Assembly: GCA_951406725.2 (NCBI GenBank)
Contig: OX597825.1
Span: forward strand, 9,362,001 to 9,426,000
DNA: 64,000 bases
Direction of reading: 5' to 3'
DNA from: Octopus vulgaris
Taxonomy: Eukaryota
Shown here: one piece after another, positions 1 through 13,619 of the stretch
Layout: the number at the start of each line of letters is the position of its first letter
Position numbering within the stretch: position 1 is the stretch's first letter
Notes under the pieces: model-generated
Seen by the model: the letters and a program-made list of their open reading frames with translations, nothing else
What the model was told of the DNA's origin: nothing
The model's database searches: none
Position numbers and translations under genes: made by a program

Positions 1-579
1 AATTCTGGCTTCCCAACGCTAGCTCCCAAATATTCTTCTTGTGGCATACCTTTTTTTTATATATATATTCGATAGTAATTATATTTGCAGACATCAACTC
101 CGGAGTGTATAAATAAAGACACACACACAGATATGTATGTCTGTAATATCTCTGTACTATTTTCAACTTGCTTTCTTATTGACACATCAACAATCCAAGT
201 GAATTAAACAGTCTTCATCCATCATCTATTTACACTTTCTCTATGATGTTTTCTTATATTCTGGTTCTCTCCGTCCTTGCACAGTATCGGAAGTCATATT
301 AGTTCTCAAGCTTGCGAAACTTCCGAATGTGGAATTAATCATGATTCTACGCGTGCTGGCCAAAAGCACAATGGTTTTACAGGAAAGTTTTTGTAGCCTT
401 ACGAATTGAAAACAGAAACAAACAAAGCTCTTCTAACTTCTGTACGAGCAGGCTTCCTTTTGCCAGTTGAAAGTGTCAGTGCACTAACAGGTTATATGTG
501 TATGTGCGTATAAGGATGTGTGTTCGCGTTAGCATGTGTATGCTAGTATGTGTGTGAGCGTCTGTGAATATATATGGTC

Positions 580-780
580 AGTCCAAACGAGAACAAGTAA
601 GAAAAAGAAAGAACACGAGGACGTGGTACAAGTACTGTGTTATTGGACCCTCAGGAAAGGAAAGGAAAGGAAAGAAAGGGGATTTCAGGTTTCAAGCGGA
701 GTACTTCATCAGAAATATAAAAAAAGTTCAAAGAAGGGAAGACGGAGAAAGAAAATCGCCAATGAAACACACACGGTTAC
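580..780 (-). mobile_element. Penelope-like terminal-repeat fragment with degenerate minimal hammerhead motif (682-716)
   Basis: Minus strand of 682-716 reads ATTT-CTGATGA-A-GTACTCCGCTT-GAA-ACCT-G-AAAT: stem I ATTT/AAAT and intact CUGAUGA...GAAA core, but stems II and III are decayed. Abuts a (TA)/(CA) microsatellite. Boundaries approximate. Confidence 0.45.
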
Positions 781-807
781 ATATGAATATATATATATAT
801 GTATGTG

Positions 808-896
<89 letters not shown>

Positions 897-976
897 TATG
901 TATGTATGTATGTATGTATGTATGTATGTATGTATGTATGTATGTATGTATGTATGTATGTATGTATGTATGCATG
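781..976. repeat. Compound microsatellite (TA)n-(CA)n-(TA)n-(TATG)n
   Basis: Directly visible; source of the spurious ORFs at 536-1227. Confidence 0.97.
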
Positions 977-1334
977 CATGTCAGATTCTGCGTGATCTCT
1001 TCTGATACTATAACATACAGCAGTTTTTTCCGCTGCATAAGTGAGTTGTCAGCGACTGCAATAGCATCCTTACTAGGCAATCCTGGTAAGAGTTTGGAAA
1101 AAGAAGCAAAACGTCTTGCGTTAAGCGAACGCATGAAGTGAGGGAAGTAACAACAACACAGAAGGTATAATGGAGGGACATGGAAATTACTATTTCTGCT
1201 TGCTTCTGAGTCATAGCAATATCGCATAGAGTCATTGAGGTCCTACGACACCCAAACTTAACATAGGATTCTGTACGGGAGTTTATGAAATTGATTTTTT
1301 ATAAAGTTCCTCCTAATAAGCGGAGAAGGTGTAA

Positions 1335-1497
1335 GTGGATTACATCGACCACAGTGTTCAGCCGGTATATTATGGGCCCCGGAAAATATGAAAAGCAAAG
1401 TCGTCAGCAGCGGAATTTGAACTCAGAGCATTAAGACGGATAAAATGGTGCTAAGCTTTATACTCAGTGAGCTGCTCATTCTTCCAGCTCACCTTCC
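1335..1497 (-). mobile_element. Degraded Meta-type SINE (family B)
   Basis: Reverse complement matches 57706-57870 (plus strand gcggaatttgaactcag = B-box; tgaaaagcaaagtcg; tacatcgaccacagtg). Confidence 0.7.
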
Positions 1498-1660
1498 ACT
1501 CTTGTAACAATAAATGATAGATATTCTGGGAAACAAAGACACCAGATTACTATCATGCATTCATGCATCGATTTACAACATAAGTATATACACATGTGTA
1601 TGTTTGAGTGTATGCGTGTACACACATGCATACATGCATACATTCATACATACATTCATA

Positions 1661-2745
1661 ATATCGATCGCAAGTGCCTTTCAATGTTGTATTACATCAC
1701 TTCGACAACATCTTTTAACCACCAAGTGTCTAAATGCATCCCTTGACCAAGTTTATATATATGAGGCTGATAACATCACAAGACTTCGAAGGCAGCTCCT
1801 TGTTTGATAACGTTAAATACATGCCCAAAGAAGTCGCACGACTCTACCACAGTATCATCAGATGAAAGAATGAGCAGATGACTATGCATGGATATGTTAG
1901 TAGAAAGCTCAGAGATGATAGGAACATCGATCATCAGAACAGCATATCATGGACCAATAACCGGATTGCTACCTCCCACTTTGAAGGGTATGCGTTTGCA
2001 AACCAGGAACAGGAAATATCAACCAAATATCTGATACCCAAAAGGAATAGAGATGCAGGAAAAGCAGTAAGATGCGACCACCGATGCAGACTTTGTGGAG
2101 TTAACACCGATGATATCACACATATCATAAGGAGTTGTCCGAAAATGTCATCGCGGTATTATCTACTGATGAGACATGATATTGTAGCTCGGACACTATA
2201 ATGAAATCTGTCGGAAGAATAAACCTGAAACAAAAAATAAGAACCCAGAGTATGGTAGAAGTCATACCCACTCAAAATAGAAAGGAGCACTGGTGGAACG
2301 TCCCAGTGAAACCCCAATAAAATGTAAGCACAACAGACCTGATATAATTATTTGGGATAGAGAAGAGAAACTATGTAGAGTTGTGGAAATTCTCTCCCAG
2401 CGGAGGATAACATAAAGCTGAAGATCAGTGAAAAAGAGAACACCTACACTGAGCCATTGAGAAATCTGCAGTTATTCTATCTAGATTATAAGTTCAGGTT
2501 TATACCTGTAATTATTGGGGATCTGAGATATGTAGCACACTGCCTAAATACCAATCTTCAGAAATTAGGCTTCTCAGAACCAGAAAGGAGAAAGCTTATT
2601 CGAAGACTACCGATCCAATCCATCACTGGAACTGCGAAAATGTCTAAAATTTTCCAGATATTTATACTTTAAGTATATATGAGCATGTCTAAATATGGAG
2701 GTGTATGCATGAGAATGTATACATAAAACAAAACATACAAATCTG

Positions 2746-2777
<32 letters not shown>

Positions 2778-2880
2778 AATATCCTGTTGTTGATGTTGAA
2801 ATTCCAATGAAGGAGCCTTGGACCTAGGTTAGAAAACGGTTCGTTCTATATCGACAAGAAATCTTAAAATAAAACTGAAT
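1661..2880 (+). pseudogene. 5'-truncated, disrupted RLE-type non-LTR retrotransposon (R4/Dong-like), C-terminal part plus 3' UTR
   Basis: Translates to QEQEISTKYL...CRLCGVNTDDITHIIRSCPKMSSRYYLLMRHDIVA (CCHC finger plus RHD). Downstream frames give HNRPDIIIWDREEKLCRVVEI and FIPVIIGDL (PD-(D/E)xK restriction-like endonuclease). Frameshifts and stops present. Confidence 0.85.
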
Positions 2881-2910
2881 AATGACATACATATAGATAT
2901 AGAGAAAGAG

Positions 2911-2953
<43 letters not shown>

Positions 2954-5322
2954 AAGTTGAGGAGAAAATAGCGGTTGCAACAAACTTGTGTTATTCAGAA
3001 AACCCATTTTCAGCCTCGCTTTCAGGAATATTCACGGTATGTTTAAAACACGATTTCCTCTGTTCTCAGAAAATATAGATCTAACAATTTTCAGCGTTTA
3101 TTTCCACTTCAGTAGTTATGGGTAGCTTATTTCATAATCTCAGAGGAAACACTGCTGTATAACTATTTATGACAAACGCAAATTCTACAATCTCTAATAC
3201 AGATTGTGAAACTAATAACATACATCACATCTTCTGGGCCACAGATAGTAAAACGTATATGTAGCACTTATGAAATGTAAGGAAATATTTTTTTTAAATA
3301 AGATATATTTTGCAGTGTTTAATAGAATATTTTACTCCAAGGTATGTCATCAAATGATTTTGTTTCCAATATTTGTTCTGTTGCTGCCCTAAGTATTTTT
3401 TTTTTACTTAAAACCGATTTTGCCCTGAAGACATACCTCAGTGAATATTGAATATATTTTAGTTATATTTCTAGCTGTTTTGTAAATATATTGGGGAGGT
3501 ACCGAACATCCATATTTATATTTACGCACACTTTTCTTTCGGATTTCTATATTGTCACTATTTACTGATTTCCCGTTAAGTGTCCCGTTAAGTATAGGAA
3601 GATATTCTTAAAATACATGAAACTTTGTAGCAAATCCTAATGAAACCCTTCCTATACGTATTTCATGTATAATCTTCGTCTCTGTAAAAATCTATGTCTA
3701 AGGCTTCGAATTTTTTAGAGATATGTGCTCATGTCAACAATGAATGTCTCCTTGACATGTTTGCCCAGGCTGAGTCGTTGTAAAGCAGAGACTTCCAAAT
3801 ATACACAATGTTATTTTTTTTACGTTGACATTGATGCTATATGAATCACTTTTCTTTTTCCAGATCAGATGCTTTAATGCCAAGCGTTCCATTAGTTTGT
3901 GGCTACTGTTCGATATTTGCATCTACTTTTCTTCTCGAAATTGATATTCCATCGTCGGAATTTGAAGACTTTTGAGATTTAAGTTTCGGAATGGCTTAGA
4001 AGATGTTTTTTGGTGAAATTTGCCGGGTTTTTAATTGCTTTTTTTAATGAAATAATTATAAACGCCTAGTGAAATATATAATTGCCATTTGAATTTTACA
4101 TTCTATCTTACTGTTTGGTTAAAGTTTAGCTGTTATGTACCGGTCTGACTCATAAATTTATCGGATTCTCAAATTGGTTATATAGATCGCTTGCTTACCA
4201 TTTCAAGAATCTGTGTGTTCTTGCGCTTCGATTCATTAAAATTAAAATTATATTTAATTCCAAAATTCCAAAAATATTTCATTGACAAAATTAAATATCA
4301 ATAGGTGACACACTGTGAATCACGTAAGTAGTTCTAGTAATACACGCATTCAATTATGTGAGTATAATGTACAAATTTGTGTATATACGCACACACGAAC
4401 ACACACACACATATATATATATATGTATAGATATTATTGATATATGTACGTATGTATGTATGTATGCAAGAATGCACGCATCTATGTATTGTAGTAACTC
4501 GAAATATACTGTTACACTTTAATAATTTACATTAGTAAAACTTTGCTGAAATGAAATATTTTCTTAAAATGAAATGAATATGTCTGCCGAATTATTTATG
4601 CAAATACTTTTAACGTCGATACGTTTATCTTAGTAGATATACTATGAAAAGATTATTTTTCTTAATACTCTTACTAAAGTTTCATCAGAAGAAAGTCTGG
4701 TTTTTGAAAAAATACATACGCTTCTGATTTTATATCAATTTTTAATATATAATCTGAGTATTATTCAAACTACTTGTTTCAGTAAATTACTTTTCTACTC
4801 GCTTCGTATTCTTCGGACGGAGCGAGTAATTGCATAAATATTTCGTCTGCTTACCCAAGAAATTTAGAACTATTCATTGTCCCTCACTGAAGTTGTTCTA
4901 TGAATCATTTAGTTTGCTAAGAGACAGTATATATATATAAAATTAACTGGTTAATATAACCGTAATACATTGTCGTAAGTTTCATTTAGCAGAAATACTT
5001 GAAAAAAATCTTGCCCAAACTCTGAAGTGAATGTTATATACATTTTGGTACTGCATGCATACGAATGATTTGGTTTATGTCTATGATTGTTTGAATTGCA
5101 TAGTAGAGGTTTTCCTCTAATTTATATATATTATATATTTATATTGTGAAATTCGATTTAATACTAAATTGAATTTTTCTCTGTAAATTTGGAGTTATAC
5201 TCCCTAATATCATTATTATTGATTATTATTATTATTATTATTATTATTATTGTTGTTGTTGTTGTTGTTGTTGTTGTTATATATGCATATATATACATAC
5301 ATATGTGTACATACCTACATAC

Positions 5323-5362
<40 letters not shown>

Positions 5363-6534
5363 GCATATATGGATCCAGGACTTCAAAAATACGTGAACAA
5401 AATGAAAAACGAGAACATAAAGAAACAAAAAACGTTGGAAAGCGAGCTTTTTTCAAACAAAGAAAGAAACAAAACAGGCCACATAAAGAACAATCCCTTT
5501 GTCAGTTGTCCCCAGTTTTATCTTCTCCAAGTTCCGAAAGTTTGAACAAGATGCGACTTCATTAAAACAGTCGCAAAAAACAACGGTAAAATTTTGGTAC
5601 GACCTGGTATGTTTTTAACAAAATAAGGACATCGTAATAGGCACATATTTATTTGTAAATATAGTTATATAGCTTTAATTGAGTTCAGAAGAAAGGAATC
5701 AAAGTTACTCACTTGTTCTATAATAGGTTTTCTAAAGTGACTCTAGCGAACTGGTCAACAGTGAAATGAATTAGACAAGTCAGGAATAAAACAGATGCTT
5801 CTTGATCATGTTGTCAAACATTTATTACAAATAGTGTCTTATCATCTCTATAAATATAACACCATCTGATATTTGCCACAAAACAAGATATCTGCTTCGA
5901 CAGTACAGTGTTGTTTTTCTTTTTCTCAGTTTTCTGTTGAAGGAATTTTATTTCCCATTTATTAAATTGCGAAACTGCATGAACATTACACAATCTCCGT
6001 TGACTTGTATCTATGGATGTGGATTTTAAACATAAGAAATCAATAAAATATTTGCGATATATATAATCAGTTAATGGAATAAGTTTGAGTAATAACAGAT
6101 AGATATTTGATTAAATAAAATAACATTAAAAAAGATACCCATTTCGCTTTTGTTTCCATCACGTCATTTATATGTATATAACTGCTATATAAAATATATA
6201 TCATTTTCAAATTTAAATGTAGTTTAGACAAGGCTATATTATACGATTATTTATAAACACACCACACGCACACGTACATACATGCATACACACACACATA
6301 AACACATGCGTACACACATACACACGCAGGCACACACACACACACGCGCACAAGCAAATACACACATATAGATATGTAGATATAGATATATTTATAGATA
6401 TACATGCGGGGTAAATATATATGATTAATTATCCTTATATCAAAATATGCTTAAAATTGTATATTTGGACGATTGCTCGTATATGCCTAGATACACATGC
6501 ACACATACAAACATACACATACACATATATGTAT

Positions 6535-6786
6535 AAATCCTTTAAAATGTTTTAGCCCGAAGGCCGCGGCCATGCTGGGGCACCACCGCTGAATGATCTA
6601 CACTAATATGTGAATCCACCTCTGATACGTGGCACTTGATCAGCAAGGGGGTTCGATGCTGTTGCCCGCATCTGCGTCTCCTGTTGTGAGGTAGGTTCAT
6701 CTGGGACTCCCGACAAGAAGAGATCCAGTTTAGTTTTAAAGAAACCCATATCTACACCATGTAAGTCTCTCAGGCATTTAGGGAGT
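6535..6786 (-). mobile_element. 3' end of CR1-group (Zenon-like) LINE
   Basis: ORF2 C-terminus ILPKCLRDLHGVDMGFFKTKLDLFLSGVPDEPT...ATASNPLADQV*, followed by short 3' UTR gcggtggtgccccagcatggccgcggccttcgggctaaaac. Confidence 0.75.
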
Positions 6787-7485
6787 ATATATACATAAAT
6801 GTACATGTATGCATGCATATATGAAACTGAAAGGAAACGCTAAAAAGCATCCTGTTATGGGGCTAATTTGATTTGATGTGTGTGTGTGTGTGTGTGTGCT
6901 TGCGTGTGTGCGTGTGTGTGTGTGCTTGCGTGTGTGTGTGTGTGTGTGTGTGTGGTGATCTTTAGAATTATTGGTCGCCGCTAACATTACACTACACCGC
7001 TATTTAATCTTACCTTGGGTATTCCGTTTTCAAGTCATTTTCACTCCACAATGAGTAGTTCGTGGCTTCGGATGTAAATCACTTTCGAATAAGAGCCCGC
7101 GAGTGAGCCCCTATTCGGTGGGTCGACCTTCTAAAAACAACAGTCGAGTGTCCGACAGTTTACCTTTCCTGATACAATGGATTATTTATTCATGGTCTTG
7201 ACTAAGTAAAATTACTTTCAATATACGTATGACGCTTAGGAATGAATGGAGGAACAAACAAAGATAAAACTATTGGTTACTAAAACAAGCCCGTCTTTCA
7301 CCAGGGTAGACCTATGCAGGATGAGAAGGCAAGGCTAATGTGTGAATATATATAAGAAAATGACAAAAGACATATTTATTTTTTTATAAGGAACAGTTTT
7401 TTTTACTTAACTGTTTCTTATGAAAAAATAAATTTCACCTATGTATGGTGAGATTTGAATCACCCTATATATAAATATATATGTA

Positions 7486-7579
<94 letters not shown>

Positions 7580-8524
7580 GAGATAGAGAGAGAGACAGAC
7601 AGATAGACAGGTAGATACATAGATAGGTATTGCTGAACCGCTAAAATTCGGTGACGTAAACATACACACAGACACACACACACATATGTATGTATGTGTG
7701 CATGCATGCATATATATATATATATATATATATAAAGGTGTGTCTGTGTCATTAAGTATATATACATACTGGTATTTACGACCGTGTGATTATATACGAC
7801 TGTGTTCCTGTGTTTGGAGATTTTCCTCATGTATTGTAACACATTGACAGTTTCGCCATTACTGTAAAATTCTATTCACAATAAAATTATTTTGAGGTTT
7901 CTTCACCAACCATTCATAAGAATTTTCGCCAAATACTTCAAGGACATCCATCAAGTCTTCGCTGCTGCTATAGCGAATCCAAGTGATTTTTCCCCTCTTT
8001 TTTTTTATTGGAGTTTAGAAAGCAGTGTGCAAATCTATATATTGTAACAAAATTGTCTTTGTACTACGTTATACATGACGTATTGAAGTGTACGTGTACA
8101 AGTATTTGTACCACTAGGAATATGTGTACGCGCACGCTTGTGTATGAGTGAGTGAGTCAGTGTATATGTGTGTCCGTGAGCGTTGCAATTTATTTCTTGT
8201 ATTCTCAATTTTCGTGTGTCGCATGTCAACCGACATGTTACGCACCGATGCCATAATCACGAAATAGGTGACCATTTCCCCTCTGAAACCATGACATATG
8301 AAATATAGAATAATATTAATTCCATTTGATCTCTTTTTTCTCAGTCACCAATTTACTATCAGAAGAATAGTTTCTTTGTCAAAAGAATAACAAAAAGCAT
8401 AATAAACTTTTGTATTTTATATTTTTTTTTAATTTTGTCTCACATAGACATTCATCTACCTGTGTGTTTATATGTATGTATGTAGTGTGTACATATACAT
8501 ATATATATATATAAATAGACACAT

Positions 8525-8563
<39 letters not shown>

Positions 8564-10391
8564 CATATACATACATACGTACATACATTTATATATACAT
8601 ACATATATATATATATATACATATATACGTACATACATTTATATATATATATATATATATACGTACATACATTTATATATCTATTTATATATATATATAT
8701 ACCTGCATATATACATACAAACATATAGTAATACATGTATATATAAACATATTTATTTACTTATTTATTCGCGTATAAATATATATATGTGTGCGTATTT
8801 GTAGCTGTGTGTCTGTTTATATATGTATATATAAATATTTATAAAAGAGTACATACGTACGAATTTATAAATACACACATATAGAGAGACACATATACAC
8901 CCACCCACACACACACACACACGCATACACACATGCATCAACGCACATATATATAAATAAATATGAGAATGTTTGTGTCAGTGCGGTTGTGAGTATTTGT
9001 GTGTGAGTGTATGCGTCACTCCATGTGTGGGCATGTGTGCGTGTTTGTATGTTTGTATGAGTGTATGTATGTGTGTGTGTGTACGTGTGTAGGTAAGGTT
9101 ATTCAGAAAGTTTTTAAAAAGCGAAGCCAAATAAATCAGATAAATCATATTTAGTTATTCTTTCCTTCATACTGCACAACTTTGATTTCTGAAACTTCAC
9201 TCCACTTCAAAGTGTGTACCGTGTATTAGCCTTTCATCTAGTAATATACTATATTGTACATCATGTGTTTGATATATGTTTTGAGCACATCATTTGTGGA
9301 AAATATGAATTTTATTATTCAAACTGAAGAGAAGAGTCTTCTCACTCTTACGACGATAATAAATTGTACAGCAAATTTTATTTTTGATGCATGTATGATT
9401 TAAACATGTATTTTACTGCAAGCGGGTCGTTTTTTATGATCACATCATCTGATTTACTATGGATTAAGCCTGATATCTATATATTAGAAGATTTAAGAGG
9501 TATATAGAATGGAAGATCGTGTGTGATAAGAGATATCCAATTACTCTAAGTCTTTGAACGCTATGATATGAATGATGTAACATTTTTGACAGTCAGTAAA
9601 TGCACTTCGTTATATATTCGCTCTTGTTGCTTCAGTATTACGAGCTATAAACACAGATCAATATTTTGATATAATTTTGTTCACACAATGATTTTGTTAC
9701 TGAAAACATATTTCACGTATTAGAGCAACAATTCTACAGCAACAACATCCTGCCTCGAAGCCGTGGTCAACAGTACAAAGGAGGACATTGGTGAAACGCG
9801 TCAATTCTCTGTAGTTGAAATTTTTTTGGGCTTAAGTGACAAATGTCTCTGACAACAGTATGAACCATATTGCCCTATAATTAATGGAAGCGAAATCCCT
9901 GTATAGGTTCAGGAAGTGACTTAAAATGAAAGAATAAAAGATTCGCTGAAATTGAGCAATAAATATAAAGTACTTACAATTTCTGCATAAAGATATTTCA
10001 CGTATGTCGTTAACACCCTTAAGAAAGGTGAAACACATTTGTACGTATCCGTTTCATTTTACCCATGATATATTGTAGCTTTGTTCTTAGTATTCATATG
10101 TATGTTTACATGTGGCTAGCTGAGCAAGAATTAAGCCTTTAGATTGTGGTGATCCATCAAGGATTCGATTTTTCATTGAGACAAACTGAGCAAGTTATGT
10201 GAGCGGTATGCTTAAGTATGCAATTCCCTAAACTATAACGCACTGATTTATCAAGAAGGAGCGAAATATAGATGTGTGTGTGGGTCTGAATGTGCTATTG
10301 TATTTGTTTATGGTGTGTGTGCGCCTGTATGCTAGTGTGTGTTTACAGATATACATGCATAAATACAGATACACAGATATACATGCATATA

Positions 10392-10458
<67 letters not shown>

Positions 10459-10665
10459 CATTTTGTCTTTGTCTTCTCACCTGGTGCTATATGAACATTT
10501 AGTGTGATTTTAAAAACAGGCTTTGACTAATATTTTCTCTAAATTATAATCTTAAAAAAATATTACCTTTGAAAGATTTTTTATTCCCATGCTGTCCACT
10601 TGATAAGATCGATATTTAAATATCGATCTTATTCTTATATATGTATATATATATATATATATATA

Positions 10666-10922
10666 TTGTTGTATTTCGGGACGGTCATTTTTAATGCCAA
10701 ATAAACACACGCACTATATACTTTTTCTTCACTCGTTTTTTACTGTTCTTAGTTTATTATATAAGTTTTAACGCACGATTTCACATCACGAATCTTGCAA
10801 AAAAAGAAATATAAGCCTCAGCCAGGCTAGCAAGACGTTGAAAAACACTATATTCTGTTGTCTTGAGAAGATTATTACAACACAACTTGACTTTGGAAAA
10901 CTAGATGTCTCCTCCAAAATTT
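10666..10922. mobile_element. Penelope-like inverted fragment within (TA)n
   Basis: 10666-10720 matches 48903-48965 (ttgtt.tatttcgg...aaacacacgcactatata). 10765-10810 matches 49296-49345 (encodes FNARFHITNLAKK). Flanked by (TA)n on both sides. Confidence 0.6.
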
Positions 10923-10923
10923 C

Positions 10924-10959
<36 letters not shown>

Positions 10960-11451
10960 GTATTTATGTGTTTTTGTATGTATATATGCTTGTATACATG
11001 TGAGTGAATGTGTGTGAGTGTGCATGTGTGTGTGTGTGCGTACAACGTTGCAGAGCTGAGTAGTAAAATTTTAGCAATGAGATACGACTACGCCTTGTTT
11101 CCGATTTTATTGTGCATGCCAACTCATTTTATTTGCACAAATGTCGATAATGATGTCAGTGAGGCCACGTAATCTTAGAATATTTCCATATACTTTAGTA
11201 CCTTAGGGAAAGATCAATTTATCAATTTTAACTATGAAATTTTTCATATTGCAACGTTATGTATGAAATGAAGCCAAAGAAAAATATATGGTTATATTAC
11301 AAGGGTGAGCCGAAACTGTTTTTAGAAGGGAAAACTAGTATTTAAGCACTACAATATATTTATCAATAACTATAAATCCAATATCTCTGTAACTAACAGA
11401 TAAACAGCATAGTTACACACATATATAAACACATACATACATACATATTTT

Positions 11452-11458
11452 GATAGAC

Positions 11459-11538
<80 letters not shown>

Positions 11539-11543
11539 GGATG

Positions 11544-11608
<65 letters not shown>

Positions 11609-11734
11609 ATAGATGGATGGGGGGGGATAGATAGATAAATAGATAGAAAGCTAGATAGACAGATAGATGGATAGATTGATAGATAGATAGATAGAAAGCT
11701 AGATAGACAGCCAGATAGATACATATATATATAT

Positions 11735-11796
<62 letters not shown>
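11452..11796. repeat. (GATA)n microsatellite array
   Basis: Directly visible. Confidence 0.97.
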
Positions 11797-11798
<2 letters not shown>

Positions 11799-12250
11799 GT
11801 ACTTATAGTTATTATAGACGGGTATAAGCTTAAATGCATAAATGGAAAATACAAATCTAATATATATATATACGTGGCGGGTGTGTACACACACACGCAC
11901 ACATATATATATATATATATATAATATAGGTGTGTGTGTAATCTATTCCAATATTTGTTATTTACATGCTGTATTTCAATGTAGTTGTGTGTTAAATTCA
12001 TGGGCTTCTTTATAAATTTTCCCTGTGATTCTTTGCCATAAATATATATGCTTGCGCATGCGCGTGCATATGTGTATGCGTCTCCTCCGCAAATGCAATC
12101 AAAAACTATAAAAATAGTTTCAAGCGTATTTTCTTTTTCAAAGATTGATTATAAACAGCGTTTCTTAACGCTCACCGGAAGTTTTAAAACCACACGTTGT
12201 CGTAATTTTATTCCTACGTTTTGAATCGTATATATATATCTGTACGTGTG

Positions 12251-12313
<63 letters not shown>

Positions 12314-12391
12314 GCAAACAGATACACACACGCACGCACACATATATATGCACATGGAGTAATATTTATTTGCCAACGTATAGTGGCATAA

Positions 12392-12549
12392 ATACGGCGG
12401 GCTTCTTTCAGTTTCCGTCTACCAAATCCACTCACAAGGCTTTGGTCAGCCCGAGGCTATAGCAGAAGGCACTTGCCCAAGGTACCTCCCAGTGGGACTG
12501 AACCTGGCACCATGTGGTTGCTAAGAAGTTACTTACCACACAGCCTCTC
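12392..12549 (-). mobile_element. SINE family A, 5' half
   Basis: Reverse complement of 15940-16100. Confidence 0.9.
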
Positions 12550-13347
12550 ATATATGTATATATAAATATATAGAAGAAAGATACAAAAGTATGTTTCCAC
12601 ATAACCAAATCTTTTGATATTGTCTTACTCAAAATCCACTAGCATATTTTTCCACAAAGTGAGTTTTATACGCACCAATATGCAGAGAATAACATATTAA
12701 TAAAAACACTTTTCATTTAATAAGCTTAAGTCTGTACTGAACCAAAATGAGCTTTTGCAGGAGGACAATATGAAATCTAAATGACCTTCTTTTGCTGTCG
12801 TGCAGCTCAGTACAATTTAATGAATATACTTCTTGAAATCAATTTAGAATATGTGGCACTAAATCTGAGAAGGATTAATTTTACATAGTCATGTCGCTTA
12901 TATCATTTCCAGTACAAGGGAAGCCAAATTTACTTGTAGTGTTTTATGCCGCTTGCGTTCGTTTGATAAATGCACATGTTGGTTAATATCTTCAGAAAGT
13001 AATCTTTCCTAAAATACAAAGACGCGCCGTAAGAGAAAGAAAGGTGTCTAATTAATATATCTGATAAAAACACGAAGTGATAAAGTTCTATTTTTAAATT
13101 AAGAAAAACAGTTTTTCTGTTCCAAGAATATGTCGAACCAGGTTTTTCTAAGTTGTTGATATTGTTACTGCAAGTGTTATGGTGGTTGGTGGTGGCTCAC
13201 GTTTTAATCAGTGCAAATTTGGGAAAATTTGCACATATCTCTTTCAACTTTAATACTTCTAATAATTTGAATTGTTCCAATCAGCACACGTTCTCCAATA
13301 TACTCGCTCACACGCATATACACATACAGATATGTGTGTGTGTGTGT

Positions 13348-13393
<46 letters not shown>

Positions 13394-13619
13394 TTCACAC
13401 ATATGTACATAATACCTGTACACATACACACACGTATATACATAGAGATACGAAGGTGTGCCAGCATACATACATTCATAGCGAAACATGCCAGGAAAAT
13501 ATAAGTATAAATATACCCAAAAATCAGTTTGTTTTCAGTCCGAGCAGCTACTGATATTCCTTTCGGCACTGATATCACTTTGTAAAAGTTTGGCAACAAC
13601 TGGAAGCACCTTATGCGAA

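Noticed and set aside
2800-2845. Hammerhead-like arrangement in the R4/Dong 3' UTR
   Set aside because: Core reads CCAATGA and the stems are weak; insufficient support.
3850-3975. Polypyrimidine-CAG acceptor suggesting a host exon
   Set aside because: The frames checked close quickly, with no convincing donor and no recognisable protein.
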